A DNA stretch of 64,000 bases from an uncultured candidatus Porisulfidus sp. (GCA_965116025.1 OZ220480.1:1792001-1856000), one strand, 5' to 3'. Counted from the stretch's first letter, positions 50,341 to 61,979 are shown. Notes: generated by a model from the sequence alone, not told the origin. Made by a program: numbers and translations.

Positions 50341-51867
50341 TCATGACCTCGTCCAAAAACTTCGACCTCGCCGCTTTTTCCCATCGCGAAGGCACAGCGT
50401 GAGGATCAGCAAGGACAAAGCCGCATAGGGCCACTCGCCGAATCGCGCGTACGGAGCGCTTCCTTCTCGGGGTTGCGCCTCTCCCTCCAAAATGGCGGAG
50501 ACGAACTGCGGAGCCGTGGCCCGAAGGCTTCCGTCCGCGCCAATGATCGCGGTCACCCCGGTGCTCGCCACGCGAAGAAGATCCCGCGCGGTCTCCGCGG
50601 CGCGTGTCCGATTCGCTTCCAGATGCTGCCAGGGAGCTCGAGTTCTTCCGAACCACGCGTCGTTGCTCACGTTCACCAAGTAGACCGCCTCCGGGAAGGA
50701 TTGGCGAGTGATCGCCGGATACACCGATTCGTAGCAAATGGTCACCCCCACCGGGAGTCCCCGCACCTGAATCAGAGAGCGAGCGCGACCGGGAACGAGA
50801 GCGCGCATCCGGAAATGGATCCGCTGATACAACGGACCCAGCCATTCTCTCAGGGGAGAATATTCTCCAAAAGGCACCAAGCGGCGTTTCCCATAGGAGT
50901 GACCCGTATCGAGGTTCATTAGCCCATTGTGGGGCCCGGATCGGTTTTCAGCGCGATAGAAGACGCCCGCGAGCAAAGTGGCGCCGCCCTTCAGAGTCTC
51001 GTTTTTAATAGTTTCATAAAACTCTTCCACATCGCTGTAATATTTCGGGATCGCGGCTTCTGGCCAAATCACGAGCGCAGCGCCCTCCACCTGTTCCGTC
51101 ATGCTTCGGTACGCGTCCTGGATGCGGTCCAGATTCCTAGCCCTCCACCGCGCGTCTTGATCCAGATTCGGCTGGATCAGAGCCACCTTGATCGGCTCCC
51201 CGACAGGCTCGCTCCACGCGATGGAGCGCAACGCCTCCCCGCTCGCGACCATCACCGCCACGGCTCCCAACCACGCCACCCGCGCGGAAAACGGTCGAAG
51301 CGCCCATGCCGTCGTCCATGCGGCTGACAGCAAAAGCGCCAGCCCGGCTCCGTGGACTCCCAGCAAAGGCAGATAACCCGCCCAAGGGCTGTCGAGGCTT
51401 CCCTGCCCAACCAGAACCCACGGGAATCCGGTGAGCAAGGTTCCGCGCAACCATTCCGCCGCCGCCAGCAACACGGCCGCTCCCGTCAAACGCTTCACGC
51501 CTTCGGGCAGGAAGCGAGCGGCCAGCCAGGCCGCCAACATCGGATACAGGGACAGATAAAGCGCTAGCGTCGTGGCTAGCGCGACAGCGATCCACAACGG
51601 CGCGCTGGCATAGGTGTAGAGACTGTAATAAACCCAATAGATTCCGAAACCGAAATATCCCAGCCCGAACAGGCCGCCCCGCCTCGCGGCCGCCGCGGGC
51701 GATGCCGAATGCAACGCGCAAAAGAACAGGATCAGTCCGCCCCAGAGAGCGGGGCGAAAAGCGTATGGAGCGAAACCGAACGAGGCTACGGCACCACCCG
51801 CCAAACTGCCGAGGCTCGCCCACGGCCACCTGCCCAGCCCGCGCCAAAACCCCAGCGGACCGGACAT
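50341..51867 (-). CDS. lnt: Apolipoprotein N-acyltransferase
   Basis: EWLRG..TGFPW, WPEAA, KRRLVPFGEY, ICYE, SNDAWFG. Confidence 0.95.
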   Translation of the reverse strand: MSGPLGFWRGLGRWPWASLGSLAGGAVASFGFAPYAFRPALWGGLILFFCALHSASPAAAARRGGLFGLGYFGFGIYWVYYSLYTYASAPLWIAVALATTLALYLSLYPMLAAWLAARFLPEGVKRLTGAAVLLAAAEWLRGTLLTGFPWVLVGQGSLDSPWAGYLPLLGVHGAGLALLLSAAWTTAWALRPFSARVAWLGAVAVMVASGEALRSIAWSEPVGEPIKVALIQPNLDQDARWRARNLDRIQDAYRSMTEQVEGAALVIWPEAAIPKYYSDVEEFYETIKNETLKGGATLLAGVFYRAENRSGPHNGLMNLDTGHSYGKRRLVPFGEYSPLREWLGPLYQRIHFRMRALVPGRARSLIQVRGLPVGVTICYESVYPAITRQSFPEAVYLVNVSNDAWFGRTRAPWQHLEANRTRAAETARDLLRVASTGVTAIIGADGSLRATAPQFVSAILEGEAQPREGSAPYARFGEWPYAALSLLILTLCLRDGKKRRGRSFWTRS

Positions 51868-51874
51868 GCGCGCG

Positions 51875-52723
51875 CTACTTTCCGTAGGGCGTCCGCGACA
51901 CGTCCAGCAAGCGTATCCTCCGGTCCTTGACCTTGATCACCGTGAACACGAGTCGCCCGACCTCGACTTTTTCCTCGATGGCGGGCAGATGACCCATCTT
52001 TTTCAGCACCATCCCCCCGACGGTCTCCTGACCGTCGGGATCCAGCGAGGACTTGAAGCGCTCGTTGAAGTCCGTGATCGGCATAGCGGCATTCACCTCA
52101 TAGTGCCCTTCCCCGACGGCGCGGACCAACGGCGATTCCATCTCCCGATCATGCTCGTCCTCAATCTCTCCGACGATCTCCTCCAACACGTCCTCGATCG
52201 TCACCAAGCCCGCGGCTTCCCCGTATTCGTTGATCACGATGCCCATATGAATCCGTTTGCGCTGGAAATCCCGTAACAACGCGCTGAGCCTTTTGCTTTC
52301 CGGAAACAAGTTCGGCGGCAGCATCATGTCCTTGATGGAGAATTCGGAACGCTCCGAATTCTCCACCCGAGTCAGCACGTCCTTGGCCAGCAAGATGCCC
52401 TCGACCATGCCCCGATCATCTCCCATTACCGGATAGCGGGAATGTCCATACCGTTTCACGTTCTCAATCACGTCCTCGCGGGAAGCGTCGGCCTGGATCA
52501 TCTTCATTTCGGAACGCGGAATCATGATGTCGGACGCCCGCAACCGCGAGATATTGAAAGCCCCCTCGAACATATTGCGCAAGCTTTCGCTGAGCGCGCC
52601 TCTTCCATAGAGTTCCCGAATCAAGGTCCGCGCCTCATCTTGGTTCTTCGGTAACAACCAAGGCCTTCTCCACATCCACCGCCGAATCCGAGAGCGAAAG
52701 CCTCTCCAAGGTCGCATGTTCAT
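51875..52723 (-). CDS. corC: CorC/HlyC CBS-domain transporter-associated protein
   Basis: DIMIPR, HSRYPV, EYG...GLVTIEDVLEEIVGEIEDEHD. Confidence 0.92.
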   Translation of the reverse strand: MNMRPWRGFRSRIRRWMWRRPWLLPKNQDEARTLIRELYGRGALSESLRNMFEGAFNISRLRASDIMIPRSEMKMIQADASREDVIENVKRYGHSRYPVMGDDRGMVEGILLAKDVLTRVENSERSEFSIKDMMLPPNLFPESKRLSALLRDFQRKRIHMGIVINEYGEAAGLVTIEDVLEEIVGEIEDEHDREMESPLVRAVGEGHYEVNAAMPITDFNERFKSSLDPDGQETVGGMVLKKMGHLPAIEEKVEVGRLVFTVIKVKDRRIRLLDVSRTPYGK

Positions 52724-53166
52724 TCGAGCTCGTAAGGATCCGGATACCCCAGACGCTCCATCACGGCGCGCTCCACGCTCTCCATGCTCGCGGCCGCGCG
52801 CGCCTCGCCATGGTCATGCCCCAGCAAATGCAGCAATCCGTGAATGGTCATGTGAGCGAACCTCGCCTCGGATTCCTGCCCGAACCGGCACGCCTCCCGA
52901 AACACCTCGGGCGCGCAGATCGCTATATCGCCCAAAAAGCCGAGATCGCGCTCACGCCAGTCCGCCGCGAAAGCCAAGACATTGGTCACGCCCAATTCGC
53001 CACGATAGCGCTCGTTGAGCGTCCCCATCTCCGTCTCGTCCACCACCCGAATGCATGCCGAAGATTCTCTCTGATGATCCACCGCTCCAGCCCAACGCCG
53101 GAACTGTTCTGTCGAAGGCACTCCGGAATGGCTAACCGCGCGCTGGACCTCCGCTCGAATAGCCAT
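52720..53166 (-). CDS. ybeY: rRNA maturation RNase YbeY
   Basis: TNVLAF, LGDI.IC, HGLLHLLGHDH. Confidence 0.94.
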   Translation of the reverse strand: MAIRAEVQRAVSHSGVPSTEQFRRWAGAVDHQRESSACIRVVDETEMGTLNERYRGELGVTNVLAFAADWRERDLGFLGDIAICAPEVFREACRFGQESEARFAHMTIHGLLHLLGHDHGEARAAASMESVERAVMERLGYPDPYELE

Positions 53167-53167
53167 C

Positions 53168-54142
53168 TCACGTCCCGCGCGAATACGCCTTGATCACCTG
53201 CCGCACCAACGGGTGCCGGACGATGTCGCGCTCCGTGAAACGCACGCGCGCGATGCCCGGCAGATCGCCAAGGAGATTAAGCGCTTCCTCCAGCCCGGAG
53301 GGACCGTTCGCCGGCAAGTCGGACTGCGTCAGGTCACCGGTGATCACGGCGCGCGAGCCGAAGCCGAGCCGAGTCAGAAACATCTTCATCTGTCCGCGAG
53401 ACGCGTTCTGCGCCTCGTCCAGAATCACGAACGCATGTTTCAGGGTCCTCCCGCGCATGTACGCCAAAGGCGCGATCTCTATAAGATTGCTCTCCATCTT
53501 TCGCATCGCCCGTCCATGCCCCATCAACTCGTCCAGCGCGTCGTACATCGGGCGCAAATAAGGATCGATCTTCTGCGCCAGATCGCCAGGAAGGAATCCG
53601 AGCCGCTCGCCGGATTCCAGTACCGGGCGCACCAGAACGATCTTCTGCGCCAGATCCTGCTCCAACGCGTAGATCGCCTGCGCGATGGCCAGATGAGTCT
53701 TCCCGGTCCCGGCCGGGCCCACGCCGAACACCAAGTCGTGGTCCCGCAAAGCCGTGAGATAGCGCTTCTGTCCCTCGCCATAGGCGCGCAAGCGAGAATT
53801 GCGCAGCACCAGCTCCTCCGCCTTTCCCGACTCGGACCCCTCGCCATTCTCGGAGGTTGTTAGCAAAAACCGGCTGACGCTATCTTCCGAAAGATCCGCA
53901 TGCTCGGTTTGGCGGTAAAGCGCTCGCAAGGTGTCCGCCGCGCCCGTCATGGCCGCCTCCTCGCCCAGCAGCTGAAAGTCATGACCTCGATGCCGGACCT
54001 CAATGCCGAACCGCGCCTCCAGCTGGCGCAGGTGCACGTCCAATGGCCCGCAAAGACTGGCCAAGCGAGAGTTGTCCGCAGGCCGCAGAAGCAACTTCAG
54101 GATGCCGGCTTGGACGCTCAATGCGGTTGGCGCGCCGCCCAT
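53168..54142 (-). CDS. ybeZ: PhoH-family ATPase
   Basis: [30 protein letters not shown]. Confidence 0.94.
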   Translation of the reverse strand: MGGAPTALSVQAGILKLLLRPADNSRLASLCGPLDVHLRQLEARFGIEVRHRGHDFQLLGEEAAMTGAADTLRALYRQTEHADLSEDSVSRFLLTTSENGEGSESGKAEELVLRNSRLRAYGEGQKRYLTALRDHDLVFGVGPAGTGKTHLAIAQAIYALEQDLAQKIVLVRPVLESGERLGFLPGDLAQKIDPYLRPMYDALDELMGHGRAMRKMESNLIEIAPLAYMRGRTLKHAFVILDEAQNASRGQMKMFLTRLGFGSRAVITGDLTQSDLPANGPSGLEEALNLLGDLPGIARVRFTERDIVRHPLVRQVIKAYSRGT

Positions 54143-55458
54143 TCTCCGCGCAGCGAGTGAGCGCGCGTCTCGGTGACGCGAACCGGTTGAAACGTGCCGA
54201 TCAGCTCTCGGCCGCCTTGGAAGTTGACAATCCGGTTGTCCGAGGCGCGCCCCGCCAGCTCCTCCGGGTCGCGTTTCGAAGGGCCTTCCACCAGAACCTG
54301 TTGAACGGTGTTGACGCGAGTTTTCGCTATCGCGCGCCCTTGCTCTTCTAACTGCTTCTGGAGTCGGGCCAAGCGGGATCTCTTATTCTGGACCGGCGTG
54401 TCGTCCGGAAGGCTCGAGGCGGGCGTGCCGGGGCGCGGGCTGTAGAGGAAACTGAAACTCTGATCGAGACCAACCTCTTCCGCCAAACGGCAGGTGCGCT
54501 CGAAGTCCTCGTCGGTCTCGCCAGGGAATCCAACGATGAAATCCGAAGAAATGGAAACGTCGGGCCGCGCGACCCTGAGCTCGCGGATGATGGACTTGTA
54601 CTCCAGCGCCGTATAGCCGCGTTTCATCGCGGCCAGAACACGGTCCGACCCGCTTTGGACCGGCAAATGCACATGCGCCGCCAACTCCTCGACTTCCGCA
54701 TGGACCCGAATCAGCGAAGCGGTGAATTCTCGCGGATGCGATGTCGTGTACCGCACTCGCTTGATACCGTCGACGGCCGAGACGTAGCGCAGCAGCAAGG
54801 CGAAATCGGCAGGCCGCCCGTCGTGCAGATCACCCCGCCAGGCATTGACGTTCTGTCCAAGCAGCGTGACTTCTCGCACGCCACGCTCCGCCAGCCCGGC
54901 GACCTCCCGGATGACGCTGTCGAGCGGCCGGCTGACTTCCTTCCCGCGAGTATAGGGCACCACGCAGAACGAGCAGTATTTGCCGCATCCCTCCATGATC
55001 GATACGAACGCCGAAGCGCCCTTCACCGAGGGTTCTGGAAGGTTGTCGAATTTCTCGACTTCCGGAAAGCTGACATCCAGCGCCCCGTCGCCCTCCTGAC
55101 GCGCCCGCGCGATCAGATCCGGCAAACGATGCAGGGTCTGAGGGCCGAAAACGATATCGACTTGCGGCGCACGCTCGCGCAGAGCTTCTCCCTCTTGACT
55201 CGCCACGCACCCCCCAACGCCGATCAGAACGTCGGGCCTCGACTTCTTATGCCGGGCGAGCCGGCCTAAACGGCTGAAGACTTTCTCCTGGGCCTTCTCG
55301 CGAACCGAGCAGGTGTTGAGCAACAACAAATCGGCCTCGGACTCGTCCGAAGTTTGGGTCATGCCCAACCGGTCCCGTAGCACGTCCCGCATTCTAGCGG
55401 AATCGTACTCGTTCATCTGGCACCCGTGGGTCTCGATGTAGACCTTGCCAGTCATCAC
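54118..55458 (-). CDS. miaB: tRNA methylthiotransferase MiaB
   Basis: [27 protein letters not shown]-terminal TRAM domain. Confidence 0.96.
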   Translation of the reverse strand: MMTGKVYIETHGCQMNEYDSARMRDVLRDRLGMTQTSDESEADLLLLNTCSVREKAQEKVFSRLGRLARHKKSRPDVLIGVGGCVASQEGEALRERAPQVDIVFGPQTLHRLPDLIARARQEGDGALDVSFPEVEKFDNLPEPSVKGASAFVSIMEGCGKYCSFCVVPYTRGKEVSRPLDSVIREVAGLAERGVREVTLLGQNVNAWRGDLHDGRPADFALLLRYVSAVDGIKRVRYTTSHPREFTASLIRVHAEVEELAAHVHLPVQSGSDRVLAAMKRGYTALEYKSIIRELRVARPDVSISSDFIVGFPGETDEDFERTCRLAEEVGLDQSFSFLYSPRPGTPASSLPDDTPVQNKRSRLARLQKQLEEQGRAIAKTRVNTVQQVLVEGPSKRDPEELAGRASDNRIVNFQGGRELIGTFQPVRVTETRAHSLRGEWAARQPH

Positions 55459-55497
55459 CCCTTCCGCCAGCGCGGCGCGGGCTCTTCCCGCGGCGGC

Positions 55498-55977
55498 CTA
55501 GAACGGGATATCGTCATCGAAATCCGCGTCATCGCCCGCTGGGGCTCCTCCCGGTTTTGGAGCCTCGTTGCCAAATCGGGAACTTTCCGGCGCGTAGTTC
55601 CCTTGGTTGTCCGAGGCGTAGTTTCCACCGCCGCCACCGCCGCGCGACCCCAGCAACTGCATATCATTGGCGATGACCTCCGTGTTGTAGCGATTGTTCC
55701 CTTCTCGGTCCTGCCACTTCCGGGTTCGCAGTCTCCCTTCGATGTATACCTGCGACCCTTTCTTTAGGTATCGCTCGGCCACTTCCGCCATGCGCTTGAA
55801 CAGCACGATATTGTGCCATTCCGTCGTTTCCACCCGTTCATTGGTCGCGTTGTCTCGTCGCCAGTCATTGGTCGCGATTCGCATGTTGCAGACGCTGGAT
55901 CCGCTATTGGTCTGGCGGAGCTCGGGATCGGCCCCCAAGGTTCCCACCAGGATGACTTTATTGACTCCTCTCGACAT
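55498..55977 (-). CDS. ssb: Single-stranded DNA-binding protein
   Basis: [14 protein letters not shown]-terminal DDDIPF. Confidence 0.97.
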   Translation of the reverse strand: MSRGVNKVILVGTLGADPELRQTNSGSSVCNMRIATNDWRRDNATNERVETTEWHNIVLFKRMAEVAERYLKKGSQVYIEGRLRTRKWQDREGNNRYNTEVIANDMQLLGSRGGGGGGNYASDNQGNYAPESSRFGNEAPKPGGAPAGDDADFDDDIPF

Positions 55978-56098
55978 CTTTCATTCTCCAACTGTGATGC
56001 TTCCGTCTCGCTTCCGTGCGACTAAACTTGGCATTCTCCTGTTATTATTCAACGCACTACCGCATATTTCAAGAATGAACAAAAGTTCTGCAGTCGTC

Positions 56099-57280
56099 TT
56101 AGATGCGCCGTTCCTCCGACAATTCTAGCCCATTCAGAAGCAGAAGCCAAAACGCGCCGAAACCAGCCAAGACCAAATATAGCGACTCCGCGTCTCTCCA
56201 CTCCAAAAACGCCCCCGCGAGAATCCCTCCAAGAAAAGCTCCAAAAAACTGAGCCGTGGAAAACACGCCCAGCGCCATTCCCTTGAGATCCACCGGGCAC
56301 AGACGCGAAACCTGGGTCGGCAATTGCGCCTCCAAAAAATTGAACGCGATAAAAAATAGCAACGATACGCTACCCAAAAGAACGATATCATGCCGCGTGA
56401 AAATCAGCAAGACCTCGCAACCGAGCAAAACCAACGCGAAGGCGCGCATCCACCTCGAGACGCGACGTTGCGCCAAGCGAAGTACCGGAAAAAGAAACAG
56501 CGCGGAGGCTCCCAGAACGACCAAGTAAAACATGCTGTGACGCTCGACAGGAAAGCTCGCCATGTCCCGCATCGCCAGCGGCAACGACATGAAATTCGCG
56601 GTCAGCAACATGTGGATTACGGTCGCCCCCAAACTCAAGCGCAACAACCGAGAATCTCGCAACGTTTTTCCCACGTCGTTCCAGGCTCCCGTCGCCCGGC
56701 GAGGCAGATTCCGGCTCACCGGTATCAACGTCGCCACCAAGATCATAGCTAGCGCGGCCAGGCCCGCCACCATGACGAAAATTCCATCGACTCCAATTTT
56801 TCTGGCCAGCAACGGCCCGGCGACCAAGGACGCGATGAACGTCGTGCCGATCAACATTCCGACCATTCCCATCATGCGCGCGCGCACCCGCTCTCGACTC
56901 AGGTCGGCCACCCACGCGGTCAGGGCGGCGGAAATCGCGCCCGCGCCCTGCAACGCTCGACCGACGATCATCTGCTCGACGCTCGTCGCGGCGGCCGCCA
57001 CCAGACTCCCCGCCATGAACACGGCTAGCCCCAACAGCACGACGGCACGACGCCCGAATCGGTCCGACAACCATCCCATCGGCACCTGCAGCACCGCCTG
57101 CGTCAATCCATACACTCCTACCGCGATGCCAGCCAGCATCGGAGTCGAGTTTCGCAAGGTCTCCGCGTAGATGGCGAAAACAGGCAAGATTATGAACAGC
57201 CCCAGCATGCGCAAGGCATACACTCCGCCAAGAGTGCCCACCACCCTGCGCTCAAGCGCGTTCAACGAGGAATCGGTCAC
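56099..57280 (-). CDS. MFS transporter (YajR-like)
   Basis: LRMLGLFIILPV, YGLTQA.LQ.P.G.LSDRFGRR, GRALQGAGAI; upstream of ssb. Start codon uncertain. Confidence 0.9.
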   Translation of the reverse strand: MTDSSLNALERRVVGTLGGVYALRMLGLFIILPVFAIYAETLRNSTPMLAGIAVGVYGLTQAVLQVPMGWLSDRFGRRAVVLLGLAVFMAGSLVAAAATSVEQMIVGRALQGAGAISAALTAWVADLSRERVRARMMGMVGMLIGTTFIASLVAGPLLARKIGVDGIFVMVAGLAALAMILVATLIPVSRNLPRRATGAWNDVGKTLRDSRLLRLSLGATVIHMLLTANFMSLPLAMRDMASFPVERHSMFYLVVLGASALFLFPVLRLAQRRVSRWMRAFALVLLGCEVLLIFTRHDIVLLGSVSLLFFIAFNFLEAQLPTQVSRLCPVDLKGMALGVFSTAQFFGAFLGGILAGAFLEWRDAESLYLVLAGFGAFWLLLLNGLELSEERRI

Positions 57281-57540
57281 GGAAAAGTCAAGCCCATCAA
57301 GAATTTCGTGCGCGTGGGCCTGACGCGGCAAAAGCGCGGCCATCCGTTATTTTATCCCGCCCTCCCTTATCCGCTTGACCTTATCCCTCCGCGCACGCCG
57401 GTGGATCTTGAACACGGCCCGAGCCCAGACGTAAGCTTCATCGGGAGAGAGATTTTGAATCTTGTCCGGCGATGGCCTGATTCGCTCAGGAGATCAACAA
57501 CACGCCGGATTACGGATAGTCGCCAATAATATCGTCTCTT

Positions 57541-60462
57541 TCATCGTAATGCCACAGCCTCATCAGGCCGCGTTTTTTTACCGCCATGCACGGACGGCTC
57601 GCGGCACCACTGCAACCTTAGTATTTCCAGCGATTCAAGAGTGCTTTCCGGCATACCGAGAATCCCGCACAGGAATCGGGCGTCAAGATCCTGACGAGCC
57701 TCATCCCGATAACATTCGTTCGCGGGAAGCAACGGCCTATCCTTGAAGTCCAAGAATAAACTCTTAACCTGATCGAACTGTTTCTTCGATAACGCCCCAC
57801 AATCCAGCGCGGGAATGTTTCCTATGGTCGTGACCGACAAGATGGCTCTTCCCGACTGTTGCCTCGTCGATATCCACCAGCGCCCTATCAAGCCAAGCGT
57901 CGTGTTCAGCCACAAACAAATCGCTTTTTCTCCTTTCTTCCCATAGAAAGACGCGAACGATGGCCAAGCCCTGCCACCAATCGCCTTCACCGACGTCATG
58001 CAAGCTCCCAGCGATTGCGCGTTGACCCCAAAGTCCCGATTGATATGAAGAAACGTCGCGCCGCTCACCTCGTTGTTTCCGCTCCAAAGATCCAGCGCGT
58101 CATCGCGATATTTTGGATCGAGAAGCTTTCCTTCCGAACATGGGTCGACGATCATGGCTCTCTCAAAATCTTTTTTATGCCGCCACAGTATTGGCCAACT
58201 AACAGATCTACACCGCTTCCGGTCTGGCAAACGCTCAACAGTGAAGCAACCTTGATAGTCAGCATCGATTTTCATATGGTACGGGCCTCGCGTTCCTTGC
58301 GTCGATAGACGGGAAAGTGGAATTTTCCACTCTTTCATTTGCGGAAGCACCAACCCCTGCCCATTGGTCAGCGAGGCCGCGCTATAGGCCACATCCGTAT
58401 TGGCGATTCCCTCTGGAGTTCCCGCACCACTAATGGGGAAAGGAGCCCGCGAGACCCATCCTACGGGCTGGTCACCAACCTTGATAATACCGTTGGTTTT
58501 CCGACTTAGGGAGCGAACGCACTCAATCGCCTCTACCGAATTTTCTGGACGTGAGCCCAAGGTCGCGAACGTCGCTTCATGCTCGTGGTCAGCGGAAACT
58601 GGCTCCTCGCGCTTCGTCGCCACGAACATCACCTCCGCCATGTTCGTAGAATCGGAAAATGACTGGTCTCGCGGTTTCGTGCCCGCCAAGGACACCACCA
58701 TGATGTTCGAATACAATAGGTGCAGGCATTCTCGAAACTTCTTCCAAGCCGAGCCAGAAACCGCCGTGGCAGGCAAAATCAGCGCGAGAACACCACCGGG
58801 CTTGAGCTTCAGGTTCGCCAAATCAAAGAAATTCGATCCTAGTCCCGCATGAGCGGAATTCGCGGAAGGGACTCTGGCCTTCTTGAATTGTTTGTAGAAT
58901 TTTTTCAGGACATCGCTCATATCCTTCTGGTCTCGCTCATCGTTGCCCATCCCAGCGAACGCCGGATTCGGGATTCCGCGTTTCTCCGCCTCTTGTCCAA
59001 CGGAACGGGTATATGGCGGATTCATGATTATCAAATCCATGGAAGACATTCCCACCTGAGCTTGTCGGATACCCTTCTCTTCGGTCGAGGACACCGCTCG
59101 CGAGCCATCTCCAAACAGCGTCGGAGTGAAATCGCTTACCAGCAATTCCAGCGACCCGACTCTGATGGCCTCCTTGCCATGCTCTTTCATTCGCCCATAC
59201 GGCATTAGCCATGTCCGCGCGCTCGTGTAGTCAACGTCTGGATGCTCGCCAGCCAATATGGCAGCGGTTAAATGGACAGCGGTGGGAACGATATCGCAAC
59301 CGAGAAGAACGCTCTCGATCATCCGCGAATGCAATTTCGCATCGTCTTTCCCGTAAGCTCGATAGCGCTCCGCCATCCGGCGATAAACGGAGACCAGCAA
59401 AGCTCCCGTACCGCATGCGAGATCTCCGATTCGCAGTTCGGAAATCGCGCTCGATTCGGACCAATCGACATCCAGCCTAGATACAGCCAGCTCCGAAAGT
59501 AGAGAAGCGGATGAGGGCAAAGTATAGTAGGTGGCCAGCAATTTTCTATCGCTAATCAACTGCCCGAACAACTTCCCAACCATCCCCTGCGCGTCAAAAG
59601 ATTTCGCGAACACGCGCGCGGCCGTCCTGTAAAGCCCAGCCAAAACTCTCGATATCATGCGCTGATCGCTGAACGACCTCAGCAACTCTTTCGCGATCCC
59701 GAAAATCGGATAATAGTTGATATCCAATATTCTCTTCCATTCCTCCAAGACATCGACTTGCGTCACGTCATCGTCATCAATCATCTGCCCCGGGTTGCGA
59801 ATGATTTCGTGATGTCGCGCCACATGTCCCTGAAAAACGATAGCGTTGAAAATAACGACCATCGCCATCAAGTTCGTTTGGTACCCTGCCGGCTGGTACA
59901 GAATCCCGCCTAGCATCTTCTCGTCCATCTCTCCCACTTGCTCCGCGGCCAAGCGGACGCAAGCTTGAATGCTATCCACCAAATCATCCGTGTCCATATA
60001 CTCCATACCCGCTCGATCCACGAAGGCCGAAAAATTCGCGAGCGAGCCAGAAATCCAACCTGCTTCGGGATAGCGCTGGCGACCTTTTTTATCACCTTTC
60101 CACGCCGCCCACTGAAAGTCTTGGGCGGTGCTAATCTCTTCATCCAACGCCGCGTCAGCGCATGTATCGAACCGGTCAGGAGTTTTCAGCCCCAGCACCA
60201 CTCTCACTAGCTCGCCGCTTTCCCATTTGTCTTCCAGCCCTCTCTTGCAGTCGCGCTCAAGCGTCGTTGATTTTTCGGCGTATTTGTTCTCAACGACAAT
60301 ACGTTCTCGGCCCGGCATTTCTACTATCAGATCGGGCTGCTTCCCACCATTTTCCAGCATGCCCGTGCGCTCGACCAAGACTGTTGATCGAGGGTGAAGC
60401 TTTCCAAGCGCCCTGCCAAGCGAGGCGTTAATCGCTTTCTCGTCACGATGACCTATAACCAC
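57541..60462 (-). CDS. Fused restriction endonuclease/amino-methyltransferase (Type IIG-like)
   Basis: N-terminal PDLIV..VENK (PD-(D/E)xK-like), YYT, motif I DLACGTG, motif IV NPPY, GGVLALILP, long C-terminal putative TRD; more AT-rich than the flanks. Confidence 0.8.
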   Translation of the reverse strand: MVIGHRDEKAINASLGRALGKLHPRSTVLVERTGMLENGGKQPDLIVEMPGRERIVVENKYAEKSTTLERDCKRGLEDKWESGELVRVVLGLKTPDRFDTCADAALDEEISTAQDFQWAAWKGDKKGRQRYPEAGWISGSLANFSAFVDRAGMEYMDTDDLVDSIQACVRLAAEQVGEMDEKMLGGILYQPAGYQTNLMAMVVIFNAIVFQGHVARHHEIIRNPGQMIDDDDVTQVDVLEEWKRILDINYYPIFGIAKELLRSFSDQRMISRVLAGLYRTAARVFAKSFDAQGMVGKLFGQLISDRKLLATYYTLPSSASLLSELAVSRLDVDWSESSAISELRIGDLACGTGALLVSVYRRMAERYRAYGKDDAKLHSRMIESVLLGCDIVPTAVHLTAAILAGEHPDVDYTSARTWLMPYGRMKEHGKEAIRVGSLELLVSDFTPTLFGDGSRAVSSTEEKGIRQAQVGMSSMDLIIMNPPYTRSVGQEAEKRGIPNPAFAGMGNDERDQKDMSDVLKKFYKQFKKARVPSANSAHAGLGSNFFDLANLKLKPGGVLALILPATAVSGSAWKKFRECLHLLYSNIMVVSLAGTKPRDQSFSDSTNMAEVMFVATKREEPVSADHEHEATFATLGSRPENSVEAIECVRSLSRKTNGIIKVGDQPVGWVSRAPFPISGAGTPEGIANTDVAYSAASLTNGQGLVLPQMKEWKIPLSRLSTQGTRGPYHMKIDADYQGCFTVERLPDRKRCRSVSWPILWRHKKDFERAMIVDPCSEGKLLDPKYRDDALDLWSGNNEVSGATFLHINRDFGVNAQSLGACMTSVKAIGGRAWPSFASFYGKKGEKAICLWLNTTLGLIGRWWISTRQQSGRAILSVTTIGNIPALDCGALSKKQFDQVKSLFLDFKDRPLLPANECYRDEARQDLDARFLCGILGMPESTLESLEILRLQWCREPSVHGGKKTRPDEAVALR

Positions 60463-60657
60463 TTCGCTAACTCCTCACGGATGGTGTTGAATCGCCCCAA
60501 AATCATCGGGAGGCTAGCGCGCCACTTCGTTCGACATGGCTACCTTCCCCTCCATGACTATGGTATCACTTGCCCAACAAGCGCGCGTCAGCACCGGCCA
60601 ATTCAGTCCAATTTCCGGCTTTCGTCCGACTGAATTCGGTAGAAAACGAGCCGCGCG

Positions 60658-61338
60658 CTATCGGTAACGGGTAACGTCCGGTATTCCCGCCGCTTCGAAG
60701 CCCTCTCGGCGCAACCGGCAGGCCTCGCAATTCCCGCAAGCGCGTCCTTCCGAATCCGCCCGATAACACGAGACCGTCAACGAATAGTCGATACCCAAAC
60801 GCGTCCCGGCGCGAATGATCTCGGCTTTGCTGTGATCAATCAGTGGCGTTCGAATTCGGAATGGACGGCCTTCCACTCCGTCCCGAGTCGCCAGATTGGC
60901 CATTTTCTCGAACGCCGCGACGAACTCGCCTCTGCAGTCCGGATAGCCCGAGTAATCGATAGCGTTGACGCCGATGCAAATGTCATGGATGCCTCGCGCC
61001 TCGGCCAGAGCCAAGGCGACCGACAGAAGCACGGCGTTGCGAGCCGGCACGTACGTGGCCGGTATTCCTTCGTCCGCGCCTTCCGGCACGGCGATGTCCA
61101 AGTCGGTCAGCGCCGACGCTCCGAAGCGCGCCAAATCCAGCTCCATCTCCACCAGTTCGCTCTCCGTCTCTTGAGCCAGCCGCCGGGCCGCCCGCAGCTC
61201 CACCTCATGCCGCTGGCCGTACCATACGCTCAGGGCGACCACGCCAAAGCCATGAGCGCGGGCCCAGTAAAGGACCGTCGCCGAATCCATTCCGCCCGAG
61301 AGCAGCACGACGGCTGGCTTAGCGTCCTCGGACATCAC
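60658..61338 (-). CDS. queC: 7-cyano-7-deazaguanine synthase
   Basis: LSGGMDS, YVPARN, YPDCR, SCY...CG.C..C. Confidence 0.96.
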   Translation of the reverse strand: MMSEDAKPAVVLLSGGMDSATVLYWARAHGFGVVALSVWYGQRHEVELRAARRLAQETESELVEMELDLARFGASALTDLDIAVPEGADEGIPATYVPARNAVLLSVALALAEARGIHDICIGVNAIDYSGYPDCRGEFVAAFEKMANLATRDGVEGRPFRIRTPLIDHSKAEIIRAGTRLGIDYSLTVSCYRADSEGRACGNCEACRLRREGFEAAGIPDVTRYR

Positions 61339-61975
61339 CCCACAAAGCCTTATGCAACTGAATCTGCAACCGCACCGGCAACGCGTCCGCCACGATCCAT
61401 TCTCCCAGCTCTCCAGCGTCTTGCCGTTGCCAAGAAGGCGAGAAATACACGTCGCAATCCCATTGGCGGTCCCGCACTTGGTCGCGGGCCCATTCGTAGT
61501 CCTCGCGCGAGCAAATCACGAACTTCACGAAATCTCCAGACTTGAGCCACCTCAGGTTGCTCCAGTCATTTCGTCGCTCCTCGCCGCTACCCGGGGTCTT
61601 GATATCCAGCGCCTTGGCCACCCGAGGGTCCACATCCACCACAGGCAGCGCCCCGCTGGTTTCCAAGATCACGCGATACCCGGCATCGCATAGCGCGCGA
61701 AGCAGTCCACCGCACGCGGGCTGCGCCAGCGGCTCGCCGCCGGTCACGCAAACGTCCTGAATCGGCCGTGCGGCGACGGCCCGCAGGATCTCTTCCAGGC
61801 TCATCCACTCGCCTCCACGAAACGCGTAGGCGGTGTCGCAGTATTCGCATCGCAACGGGCAACCCGTCAGACGAACGAACGCGCTCGGCCGTCCGCTAGC
61901 CGCCCCCTCGCCCTGAATGGAATGGAAGATTTCGGTCACGCGCAGCCGGGTCTCGCGCGCGTCCTTCTGGATCAT
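61319..61975 (-). CDS. queE: 7-carboxy-7-deazaguanine synthase
   Basis: [30 protein letters not shown]. Confidence 0.95.
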   Translation of the reverse strand: MIQKDARETRLRVTEIFHSIQGEGAASGRPSAFVRLTGCPLRCEYCDTAYAFRGGEWMSLEEILRAVAARPIQDVCVTGGEPLAQPACGGLLRALCDAGYRVILETSGALPVVDVDPRVAKALDIKTPGSGEERRNDWSNLRWLKSGDFVKFVICSREDYEWARDQVRDRQWDCDVYFSPSWQRQDAGELGEWIVADALPVRLQIQLHKALWGDVRGR

Positions 61976-61979
61976 CGCC

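Noticed and set aside
55978-56098. LexA box upstream of ssb
   Set aside because: The CTGT half-sites are not followed by ACAG at the correct spacing.
60658-61975. queC/queE next to a DNA methyltransferase as a 7-deazaguanine (dpd) DNA modification system
   Set aside because: tolB-pal-cpoB-queE-queC is a standard housekeeping arrangement and no dpdA/TGT paralogue is present.
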